A stretch of 64,000 nucleotides of DNA from the human T2T-CHM13v2.0 reference genome, Homo sapiens: the NCBI RefSeq assembly GCF_009914755.1, contig NC_060934.1. One strand, given 5' to 3'. This document shows positions 25,201 to 36,110 of the stretch, piece after piece. How positions within the stretch are numbered: position 1 is the stretch's first letter; each line of letters begins with the position of its first letter. The notes under the pieces were generated by a model. That model ran no database searches. It was not told the DNA's origin and was given only the letters and a program-made list of their open reading frames with translations. A program made the position numbers and the translations under genes.

Positions 25201-26872
25201 ACACCCTGGCCCTGTGTGCTTCTCCACAATGGCAGGCAGGGCCCAGTAGGCTTCCAGCTGTGCTGCCACTAAAGCAGAGCCGCTGAAGCCTGGGGCTGCC
25301 CATCACCTGTCAGATGCCCAGCAGCTCCCCACTGGACCACAGAAATGCCTAGGAGACAAGAGTTCCTGCAAGCGAACCTGGCTGAACCAGTGCCGGCTGC
25401 ACAGCCCCAGCCAGGGATCCCCAAGCAGGCTGGCCTTGCCTGAGGGACCCTCACTAAAGCAGGGGAAAACCTCCAGGACTCAGGAAGCACAGATAAGGAC
25501 CAGCCCCTGGAGAAAGCCACATGAGGAAGCCCAGGGCAAACAACTCCAGCCTGAGCCTGGCCTCCACACCCCCAAGACCAGGCCTGCCCTTGGTCATAGC
25601 CACTCTCCCTGATCCTTTCCCACTGTGTCTCCTGTTCCATGGGCTCCCCACCCACCTGGATGTCACCCCACACCCTTGTCCCCCACTCCCTGGGGAATCA
25701 CAAGTATTTAAGAAGGGCGTGCAAAGAAGCAAGCCAAGATGCAAACATGCTTTTCTTTTCTTTATTTTCAAATATTCTGTCATGCATCTATATTGTATCT
25801 GTACTTTAAAATTAATAATTAAAACAAACTGTGTCCAGAGAAGCTGGACAGAGAAGCTGTCTCTCCATCCCAAGGGATCAATGCCTATATAATTCACAAG
25901 ACTCTTTGGGACATTAACAAGTAACTGAGTGCAGCACAACTTGGAGGCTGGGTAGCACTTTTAGAGAAGCACACTAAGGCCAAGGTCAATGTCCCCTGAC
26001 ACTCATATACTAGCCCCTCAGGAGGCCCTCCCTGTGCTCACCACCCTTGGGATGCAGTGGCTGAGCTCCCTTGCCACCTGTGTGCACATCTGGCTAGGCT
26101 CTGTGCACCTGTGGCTCGGGTCACCCTTTTCCTCCTGCAGTCGCAAGCTCTCTTGCCCGGTGCCCAGCCTTGTGGCACTGGCAAACTGACACCTGTCATC
26201 ACCTCAGAGAGGACGTGCACTGCCCCCTGGGGACCTAGGGTGTCCCCAGCACTGTCCCCATAAGGATTTGGTTTGGTCCTATCAGCTAGGATGTCAGAGC
26301 TAGAGAGATGGCTGCGTGCACTCACTTGTGCTGGGCTGAGTCGGCAGGTGGACAGACCACTTGAGCAGGAGCCCCAGGGGCCTCGCCTGGGCTGCCCAGC
26401 TCCACACACACCACATCTCACCTCCCATGTCCAACACAGTCTGCCCTGTCTTCTGAAGCTGCCGCACCCCCAACCACTACACGGCCTCCCCCATGGTGTG
26501 CACAACAGCCGGTAACCAGGGCTCCTGGAGAGGATCCCAGGGTCATTCGGATCACAGCCCTTGCCTTTCCTTAAAATACAGGCATGAAACAGAAATCTTC
26601 CAGCTCAGCAGTAGTTGGCATAGCTTTTCCAGACGCACAGGTGGGTCTGTGTGAATTTTGTCTGTGTGTCTTGCTCAGGACAGCCCTGGACAGAAGGGTG
26701 ACTCCATGGGCCCCTACCCAATAGCTCCAACTCCTAGGAACTCTGACTGCTCTTCTTTCCCCTATTGTCACCCTGAGGCTGCATCTCTGGCCACGGCAGG
26801 GGCTCTGCTCCCACAAGGAACAGCCCAGTTGGCTCCCATGGGCACTGAATTTGCTAAGATGATATCAATGTC

Positions 26873-27038
26873 TCAGGGTGCTGTGGTTCACACCTGTAAT
26901 CCCAGCATTTCAGGAGGCTGAGGTGGGAGGATCACTTGAGCCCAGGAGTCTGAGGCTACAGTGAACCATGATGGCACCACTGCACTCCACCCTGGGTGAC
27001 AGAGTGAGACCCTGTCTCTAAATAATTAATTAATTAAA
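26873..27038 (+). mobile_element. Alu monomer (FRAM/FAM-like or recombined AluJ)
   Basis: Single monomer with a left-arm-like start and right-arm J-type body (ggaggatcacttgagcccaggag...gaccctgtctct); (TAAT)n tail. Confidence 0.88.
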
Positions 27039-27264
27039 TGTCGTCATGTCCCCATGACTGCAATTAAACTCACCCTGTTGGCAAGAGGGTCCAAAAGTGA
27101 CGATTGACAGAGAAGCTCTCTCTCTCTCTCCATCCCAAGGGATCTCTCTTTGTCTCTCTCTCTCTCTCTTCATATATGTATATATAATTCACAAGACTCT
27201 TTGGGACATTAACAAGTAACCTAGTGCAGCACAACATGGAGGATTAGAGAAGCACATGAGATCA

Positions 27265-27683
27265 CAGCCTGACCTGGTGAGCTGCCTATTCTGCTGGTGT
27301 CTCCCGTCCACTCTGTTGTGTGCCCTTCAAAGCTGGCCTCTATGGACTCAGCTCCTGGGCTCCCTTGCCCCTTGGCTTCTACCTGGCTTCAGCCACCGGG
27401 AAGCATCAGCAGATCAGAGGGCTGAGCTGGGCCTGGGTTTACAGTAGCTGTGTTCCCCAGTGAAGGACACAGTTCCCACTGGCAGCCCCTCTCTGCCTGC
27501 TGCATCCTTCTCTCAGGCTCAGCAACACAGCCCCTGTCCCTTCAGGCCCAGGGATAGTGCATCTCCCTAGCACTGATACCCTCTGAGTGCTTCCCTGTCC
27601 CTGCTGGGTTCCTCTGTATTCAAATCTGTTCAGTGCCCCTTTGGAATACGTGATCTGTTTCTTCCCAAACACTGACTAAAGCA
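27265..27683 (+). mobile_element. LTR33-like ERVL solo LTR
   Basis: gggctcccttgccccttggcttct...cccttcaggcccagggat...atctgtttcttcccaaacactgactaaagca. Confidence 0.65.
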
Positions 27684-27699
27684 CCTCAAGAGTCAACAA

Positions 27700-28400
27700 C
27701 CTTAGGCTTTGACGCAGAGTTGGATTTCAATGAGGTATTCACACAGTCCTCTCTGAGGTGGGCTGGGTGCTAGTGCAATTAGGTGCATTCAGAGATAACA
27801 ACTGGCAGAGTATCTAGTGATAGGCCTTAGGGCTCTATCCTCAGACCTGTCTGCTCAACAGTTTTATCAATGACTGCAGAGGATATTGATTGCTACTGAT
27901 TCCACTTGAGAGAGACTTAATACAGTGTGTGGGATACAAAAAGATCTGGCCATCTGGACCAATGGGCCATAATGAGCAAAACGGAGCTCAACAGAGATGG
28001 ATTGAGAGTCACAGACATAAGAACAGGTGGAAAAGACTCAACTAGGAGCTTGTGGGAGAAGATCTGGATGCAACTACCTTTAAGCTTAATATAAGCCAAC
28101 AGACTGATGTGGCCACCACTGTGTGAATTCATGATATCATACCCTAGATAAGGAGGGAGAGATCCCCTCCAAACAGTCCAGATGGCAGCTGAGCGCTGAG
28201 ATCCATTCTGGGCTCTACATTCAGTAGGGACAGTGATACTATGGGGAAGAATTAGAAGGGAATAGCCAGGCAGGTGTATGGGACACAGAACTCATCATGG
28301 GGCATGGCTGAGGGACACAGAGAGGGCCTGGGAGAAGGCAGACTAAGTGTGAAGATGACATGAGCGCCAACTCCAGACACCTAAAAGGATTATCTCCAGG
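27700..28400 (+). mobile_element. L3/CR1 ancient LINE, RT-region relic
   Basis: Decayed CR1 ORF2 motifs in order: ttggatttcaatgagg (LDFSK-like), gggctctatcct...ctgctcaacagttttatcaatgac (GSVLGP.LFNIFIND-like), gagaagatctgg...aagcttaatataagccaacag (EKDLG...KLNMSQQ-like). Confidence 0.65.
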
Positions 28401-28950
28401 AAGATAAAGAACAGGGGAGCAATGCCAAGGAGGTTCCCCCTTTAATCCAATTAAAACAGTCTGTAATCCACTGAAACAAAGACTTCCTCAGCAGCACCAA
28501 CAGCAATGAGCAAAACACATGCCCAGTCTCTAACTGCAGGCTTCCTGCCACCAACCATGGTGCTGGTTGGTGTCCCGCCTCCAGCCCCACAACTTAGTTT
28601 TCTACCCCAGTGAGGCTTCTAAACCCCTCAGCAAAACAGGAAGAAACAACAGAGAAAACTCAAAGTGCAGTAAATAGGTAAAGGAAATAAAAATCCCTAC
28701 AGTCCAGTTTCAAAATTTCATGAGAATAGCCAACCCTAAAACAGACTCACATATAGAGCATAAGATTTTAGAAAAATACTACCAATTATTTTCAAAGATA
28801 AAAAAATACATCAGCTGAATGATATAATTCAAAACAAAATTAATATCTGTATGATTCTAATAGAATCACTGTTGGAAGCTGTAAAAAACAAAATTGGTAT
28901 TGCCAAGAAACCATACCAGTGAAACAAAGAATATATTTGAGAAATGTATT

Positions 28951-29325
28951 TGTCAGTTTAAGCTAAGATATGCTACTGTAACAAGCAACCCCAAAATCTC
29001 AGTGGCTTAAATCAGCAAAAAGTGATTTTCCTCTCACACTTTTTTTGTAGGTTGTTTATGGTAGGTTGGCTGCAGCTCTGTCCCACAGCATCTTTATTCC
29101 AAGACCCAGGCTTGAGGGAGAAGCCCCCATCTCTCATGGCAGAGGGAAAAACAAACCATGTGGCAGCTCTTAGAGCTTGTTCAAAAGAGGCCTCTGTCAC
29201 TTTCACCCTCACTTCATTGGCCCTGGCAAGTCACATGGCCAAGGATGACATCATAAGGGCAGCTTGTAAATCCTCCCACAGAGAGAAGCAGTGGATATTT
29301 TGAACAATGAAACAATCTACTCCAC
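28951..29325 (-). mobile_element. MLT1J/K-like LTR, flanked by A-rich old L1/HAL1-like sequence
   Basis: atgctactgtaacaagcaaccccaaaatctcagtggcttaa...cattggccctggcaagtcacatggcc. Confidence 0.75.
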
Positions 29326-30214
29326 ATATCCAGACAACAGACTAAGTAAGTGGAGGCTTTTTGTAATGTGAAAGATGACACATACAAGAGAAAATGCAGG
29401 GAGAACCCAATTACAGGGACACGATTTCCAAAGAAGACATAAGAAACTGATCATAGCTGATCATCACCTCAATAGAAAAATTCCTGGAACTGAACGAAGA
29501 ACTGAGATTAGAAATCAAAAGGACAAAACCAGTCTTAGTTTATGCACAGAAATTAATGCTAAGTTTCATAACTGAACAATGCTTAAATTTCAAAGAAAAA
29601 GAGAGAACCTCTGATGAGGAAAACGGAGCAGCTGTGGCCTCAAAAAGGTGGGCGCTGATGGCTGGACACAGGCCAACATGTGCTGCCCAGCTGTGCCCTT
29701 AAAGCTGCAGGAGGAGCTATAAGAACATGAAGCTGTTTCCTTTGATGACCCAGCCCCCTGCCCTAGGGCAAGTGGCCTAGCCTAGCCTCTTTGCAAGCTG
29801 TCAGCCCTAACAGTTTAACCCAAAAATGTAAAGACAAGATTCTGTTTCCAGACCTCTGCAGTCTTTACCTCTCTCTCTACCTCTCTCTCTCTCTCCTCTC
29901 TCCTTAATCTGTACCTATCCATGTTCACTGATGACAACTAATGACTTTCCTCCCTTGTGTGCGTGTAAACAATGCGTACAGAAAGTTGAATGTCTCTGAA
30001 TTATTAAAGAATATCATTAAATTATGTAAATACATCTATATCATTACATACGAGGTTGTATAAGTATATTAATTTAAAAATACAAATTGTCAAGGAAAAA
30101 CTTGGGTACTGCCAACATAGGGGAGTGGGGAATCTGTAAGTTTCAAATCAGAAATGAAGTCAATTATTTCAAATTCAATCAAGTGCAGAGTCCAGTTGCA
30201 TTCCTAATAACACA

Positions 30215-30256
30215 TGTCTGTGTGTGTGTGTGTGTGTGCACGCACATGCGTGTGCA
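30215..30256. repeat. (TG)n microsatellite
   Basis: Direct reading. Confidence 0.9.
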
Positions 30257-30779
30257 AGTCTGCACAAATGGCAGGGGCAGGGAAGGAAAGACAGCAGAAG
30301 GCAAAGGGAAGAGAGTCCAGTAAGGAAAGTGAACTGAGAGGAAGAGGCCAGATAGAGGCCACACTCTGACCTCTTCCATAGCAGGCTCCAAATAGTGATC
30401 AAGAAGTCCCTGAGACCCACCAGCAGTCCCTCTGAAGGTTCCTCCATTCAGTGGGAAGCACCTAGTCACCTGGCTCACTAGGATTTCTCACTGGGGAAGC
30501 ACATGAGAGCCCAGGCAGTGGTTTCTCCTTGTGAATTAATACGCTGGCTTGTGTTCAGCCAAAAATCAGTCTCTTCTGAGCTTGGTTAGTGTGAACTGGT
30601 CTCTAGCTGGTCCTGAGATAACAGTGAGCCTGCCCTCACCCCATGGAACACCTGTGTGGAGTAGTCAGGGCAACAACCAGCATTCCTCTCCTGCACCTTG
30701 TTCTCTGTTCTACCTTCAACAGGGAAATCTGAGTACCAACCACGTGGCTTCCTTCCACTTTTGGGCCAGCATTGGAAAG

Positions 30780-31000
30780 CACTGATTCCATCCCAGGCAC
30801 TCAGCTACAGACTGTGGATATTACTTCATGATAATACTTACACCAATCTTTACAAACAGCACGTACCAGTAACACCTTCATTTTAGAAATGAGGAAAGCC
30901 AGGCTCAGAGAAGTTAGGTAACTTTCCCTAGGTCACACAGCAAGTGACAAAGCTAGATTTACAAGCCAGATCTGCCTCTAAGAACTTCTATGCTCCCACC
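30780..31000 (-). mobile_element. MIR SINE
   Basis: cattttagaaatgaggaaagccaggctcagagaagttaggtaactttccctaggtcacacagc. Confidence 0.8.
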
Positions 31001-31659
31001 ACCCCAACCATGTGTCCCACTCTGTCTTCCTGGTTGGAGCTTCATCAATAATCCCTGGACTCTAATGGGACCTTCAGGAGCTCCCGGTCCTCATAGGGAT
31101 GCAGACAGACACAACTGGAATGGACACCAGTAGCAGATGACATCCTAGAAGGCTCAAGGCAGAGGCCAGGGAGGGCTGTTAAGAGCTGGGCCATCGGAAT
31201 GAGTAAGAAGGCAGAGGTGGGATGTGAGCCTCCAGAAAATGGAAAATCCTCGCCCAGCCCCACGTCCCCTGAGCCTGATTGGGAATGAGATAACCATGAT
31301 AACAGACACGGACAGTGATGGAAAGCATGGTCCCCAGAGACACCCCTTCATTCAGACTCCACAATTACCAGCACACACATGCCAAGCCACTCGGCTCCAG
31401 AGCTGATAAGACAGCCGGTTCCTTCACCTGTGATGGAGGAAATGTTTTGTATTTTCTGCTTTAGCTTTAATTTGGAGCTAAACAAAGACCCAGCAGGTGG
31501 GAGAAGGAGTGCTGCCTGGAGAGCCTTCTCCTAGCCTCCTAAACACACGTTCCTCAAACCGAAGAAAAAGCTGGGTGTGGGCTGCAAAGCCCGGAGAAGC
31601 CTCTGTGCCCACTCCACAGGGAGCAAAACACCCAGCCATGAGGGCTGGGGCCCCTGTAG

Positions 31660-31830
31660 CAACCCAGGTTCTATGCTTGGTGCTTCCTCCCCACAACCCT
31701 GGGAGGTGGTACTATGATTATCTCGATTTTATGGATGAGGAAACTGAGGCTTACACAAGTTATGTGACTTGCAAAATAACAGGACAGAACCAAATTTGAA
31801 GCTACCCCTATCTGAGCCCAGAGCTCTATG
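31660..31830 (-). mobile_element. MIR SINE
   Basis: cacaaccctgggagg...ttttatggatgaggaaactgaggc. Confidence 0.75.
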
Positions 31831-32499
31831 CTAGCAGGGCCTGCAGGACCCCTGGGGGAGAAAAAGGGCCCCCAGGACCTGCCGGCATGGCAAAGGGGTG
31901 AGATTCAAAGCTGGCCACAGACTATCCATTGCATAGTGAGGATCGGATGTGAAAAGCACTTAGCACAGAGCCTGGCACTGGGCAAATGCTCAGTAGCTGT
32001 CATTACTCAGAAGACTGCAAGCACCACAAGGACAGAGACCTCATCTGCTTTGCTCACCTGGAGAGCACCCAATGTACTGGGAAGGAGGTGCTCCACTAAC
32101 CGCTAGGACCCATATTCCTGCCCCAAGCCAGGGGCGTTTTCCTCTTCCAACCTCTTGGTTAGGTCAGTGAGAAACTCGAGTGGATCAGGTAAGAAGGAGC
32201 AAGGCCAAAAGGACAAGGAAAAGGCAGCGCAAGACAGAGGCAACCCACCATCCCAAAGGCCAGATCCTGCTGGATGCAGCAAAACCCCAGGTCACCCACT
32301 CTCACCTGAGCAGGGGCATTGAGGTGGCACACACACACATACACATCCGGGCAGCCACCAGCATCCAGGTCATCCTGCTCCCCAGTCAACCCCTGGAGAT
32401 CACACAAGGCTTCATTGCTTACCATTGTATCTCAGAGCCTGGCATAAGTATGTGCTCCATAAGCATTTGTTACAGGACATTGGGGCCCAAAGAGCTGTG

Positions 32500-32680
32500 T
32501 GCCAGACATCAGCCCAGGAGCTTCACTCTTCATGCCAGTCTCACAAAGTGAAAGCATTATTCTGGCATCGGCAGGTGAAAACTGAGGCTCGGATAGGTGA
32601 AGCAGTGTGTCCAGCGTAACACAGCCAGGAGGTGGCAGTGGTGAATCTGGCCCCAAAGCCTGCGCTCTTTACACTGTGCA
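32500..32680 (-). mobile_element. MIR SINE containing a CTCF-like motif
   Basis: caggtgaaaactgaggctcggataggtgaagcagtgtgtccagcgtaacacagccaggaggtggcag. Confidence 0.7.
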
Positions 32681-33429
32681 AGTCACCTTCTAGAAGGAGG
32701 AGGAAGCAGGGGAAGAAAGGCGCTGATCTGAAAGCAGTTAGTCTGCCCCTCAGCAGCCTCTCGGAGCTCTGCTCCTACTGAGCCCAGGAAGCCAGGCAGA
32801 AACCAAGCACAATGGCTCCTGGAGGCAATGGCTGTCTTTAAGTTTGGCCCAGAGCAAAGCCAAGCTCTCCACTGAGATTCTGATCCCACCCAGCCAGGGG
32901 CTTACTAGGCACTGGCCAGACCTTGGGCACCCAGGAAGGGAGGCTTTATTCCCCCACCCACCTCGAAGAGCTTGCGTCCTTCAGTTCGGCCCCCTGGTCC
33001 ATGCCACAGGGTCTAGGCCCAGCCGGACAGCAGCCTCCTGGGTCCCCACACCCCACCACACCATCTTGGGCATGGATGCTGGCAGAGGGCCAAGAGTGGA
33101 GGGCGCCTTCTGGAGGAAGGGAACGTGGCTCCACCCCCAAGCGTTCTCTTATTACGTGCTCTGGACCACAGCCCTGTTAGGAAGGGCCCCTTCCCCACTT
33201 CACTGTTAACAAACTGAGCTCAGAGAGGTTAAATAACTTGCCTGAAGATCGCCCAGCTGGCCAACGACACGCAAACCTAGGGACACAAAACGCAAAGCCC
33301 TAACCAAGGAACACTGCCTCTCAGCGCACCCTAATTCCAACCCCGATTCTGCCAGACTTCTGCGTTGTCCACACAACTAAAGGTTTGCTCCTTTACCATG
33401 GAGGCTTGGCGACAGAGAGCCCAGGAGCC

Positions 33430-34125
33430 AGAAGCCCTGAGCCCGCCCCCGCAGGAAGCTCCCTGCGCGGCGTTCCCAGGCCGGCATCGCCCGCCCTCCC
33501 TCCCCCGAGAGCATAGGCTGCGTTTGTGGGAAACCAGGGCTCAGCGCGCTGGGAGGGAGTCAATTTATTCTGGAGAAAACATCTTTGTTCTGCGAGTGAA
33601 GGGGAGCCATTTCCAACAATTTAATGCTCTGTTCGCGGGCCCGGGTGCTGGGGTTGCAGCACGAGGCTTGTTCTTCGAGGCAGAGCCGCACATAATGAGG
33701 CTTCTCACTACTGCTCCCCGTCATCGTGCCAAAAACCAGAACGGTTATTTATCCATTACTCTGACATTACACCCCCTGCATTTTATCTGCTTAAATAAAT
33801 TTGGTGGTTAGAGTGTGTGCCTGGCGGAGAAGCTCCCGCATTCAATTCCCTTCGCGCCACGGCGCGCAACGTTGCCATTGTAAACCGGCCTTGGAGTGGC
33901 GGGGCCGCGGTGGGCCAGCTGGGAAATGAGACGGCAGCGGGGAGGATCCCGCCTCTCCCAGCTCGTCAGAATCCAGGCCCAACGGGACGGTTCCCCAGAC
34001 ACTGACTTCGGGGTTCCAGCGTGCAGCACCAAGTCACGTGGGCGCCGTGGCCTTTCACCTGCAGAACAAGCCGCCCCCTTCGCCAGCACCTACAGGCAGC
34101 GAGAACAGAGGCCAAACCCCGTCCT
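33430..34125. promoter_or_regulatory. CpG-island-like segment with AT-rich motif core; candidate enhancer or promoter
   Basis: Sharp local rise in CpG/CGCG; GC box 33898-33906; GTCACGTG 34033-34040; X-box-like GTTGCCATTGTAAAC 33871-33885; no repeat similarity recognised. Confidence 0.6.
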
Positions 34126-34139
34126 AGACCCCACTGCCT

Positions 34140-34310
34140 GGGCTGGAATCCTGCTGTGCCACTCACTAGTTGTGGGACCTTGAGATGTCACCTCACCTCT
34201 GATGCCTGTTTCCCCACCTCCCTCCCCCTCGGGTTGTGAGAATTGAGTCACTATTTATAAAGTGCTTAGAACAGTGCCTGGTACATATCAAGTGCTCAAT
34301 AAGAGTTGGT
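34140..34310 (+). mobile_element. MIR SINE
   Basis: gaatcctgctgtgccactcactagttgtgggaccttg...aaagtgcttagaacagtgcctggtacat...gtgctcaataa. Confidence 0.85.
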
Positions 34311-35929
34311 TTTAAAATATTAATTTTTAAAATCTAGGACAATTGTTTATGTTTGGAAGTAGGCTTTGGAGATGGGCTAGACCACTGGGTTTCCCCACCT
34401 CAACCCACTTCACTAAGTTAAGAAAAGTGGGTTTCATGGAATATTTCATTTGAACAAAGAGTGCCACTGCTTGAAAATATTTGGCTCACATTTTGCAGAG
34501 GAGCAAACAGAAAGCCAGAGAGGGGAAGGGACTTGTCCAGGAGCCTCTGCAAGTTCACAGCAGAGCTGGGAGCCGAATCCAGGCTGCCCACCTGCCGGGT
34601 CAGGTGTTTTATTGGCAGCATGAGCTCCTGGGATGTTCATTCACCTCATTTTCATTGCCAGTCACGCTGACCCACAGAAGGTACTGCTGGGCACCCTCCT
34701 CTCCCATCCCAGCAGCTGCAGTACCACCCCACGCTGGAGCTAAGAGCCCAGCCCCACCAACAGGTGAGACCCATGACCCTCAGACTTCAACACGCCCCAC
34801 TCTGGAGCCTGGCCAGGCCTTTTCATTTGTCCTTCATTTGTTCTTTCCTATCATCCTCTGGTTCTCTACAACATTTCCTTGGCCCGGAAACTTGCTGGAA
34901 CTTCCTGCCTGTCCTCCCTACATCTGTCTGCCCCTTGTACCCTGTACCCCTGCCCCATAGGCTGGAGACTACCCCAGAGGGAGGAATCCCACCACCACTC
35001 AGTCCCTTGGATGTGGGCCCCCCTTGGAAGCAGTTTTGCCCAGCTCAGATCCAGCCTGAGCTCACCACACTCTCTAGGAGCCCATTCCTGAACACCTCCC
35101 AGAGGCTGGCCACTCCACCTGGAGAGCAAGGTTTCCACAATCTTCTCTGGCTCAGGAGGGCCTGGCCTGATGCCCCACGCTGACTGTGGAGGTAGGTTGG
35201 GAGCGAAGTGGTGAGTCTGTAACCAGAGAGAAGAGCCATGTCCCACGCAGGAGCCGCTCTGCCCAGGCAGCTGCAGGCCCAGCCCCTGCCTCCTTCAGAG
35301 CAACAGAGAGGCAGGCATGCGGGCAGACAGACGCCCAACACAGAGACCTCCCACATGCTCGTCTGTGTCACCGCCGCCCCTTCCTGGTTGGCCCTGCAGA
35401 CGAGGAAGCCCTCCAACCTGCAGCCAAATTCACTCCTTGCTGACAAGAGGCTCCTAGAGGAGAAGGGCTACTCCCCGGCCCCCAGGAAACTCTCTGAACA
35501 TAGCTATCTGCCATCAAGGCCTGGATCAGCCAAGCAGGAGCTGCACTTGCCCAGCCTTTTCCTTCCTAGCCACACTTAAGCAAGACAAGTGGCATGGGCA
35601 CGGAGAGGCTCCCCTGGCCACACACTGGGCAGGGACAGACCTGGGCTACTCATCCTTTCTGAGCAGCTAGCCTGGCCCAGGCCTGCAGACTGAGTGGCCC
35701 ACCCTGCCCGGCCCCCCATAGGCATGAGCTCCCATACCCCCACCTCAGGCATGGTTCCATTATAACAAATTATCCTCGTTCACCTCCCACTCCACTTCTC
35801 TGACGGCTCCCTCTCTTGACTCTTGTCCTGCCTTTGTCCCATCCTTGCCCCCGACCGATGGCTGCTATTGCAAAAGTGATCCGAGTTCTGAATTTCAGCA
35901 GCATTTGATCATTTCAACTGGACCCAGCC

Positions 35930-36110
35930 CTGATAACCTGTGCCAGGCACTGTGCCAAGTGCTTTAAAATCTAGGACTTAATTAGGTATGACCCTTCTAT
36001 TTTACAGATGAGGACACTGAGGCTTGCCCACAGGCATAGAGCTATTAAGTGGCCCAGCGTGGATTTGAATCCAGATGTGTCTGAATCCAGAGCCCCAGGT
36101 CTTACCACCA
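35930..36110 (-). mobile_element. MIR SINE
   Basis: tgtgccaggcactgtgccaagtgcttt...ttttacagatgaggacactgaggc...ggatttgaatccag. Confidence 0.8.
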
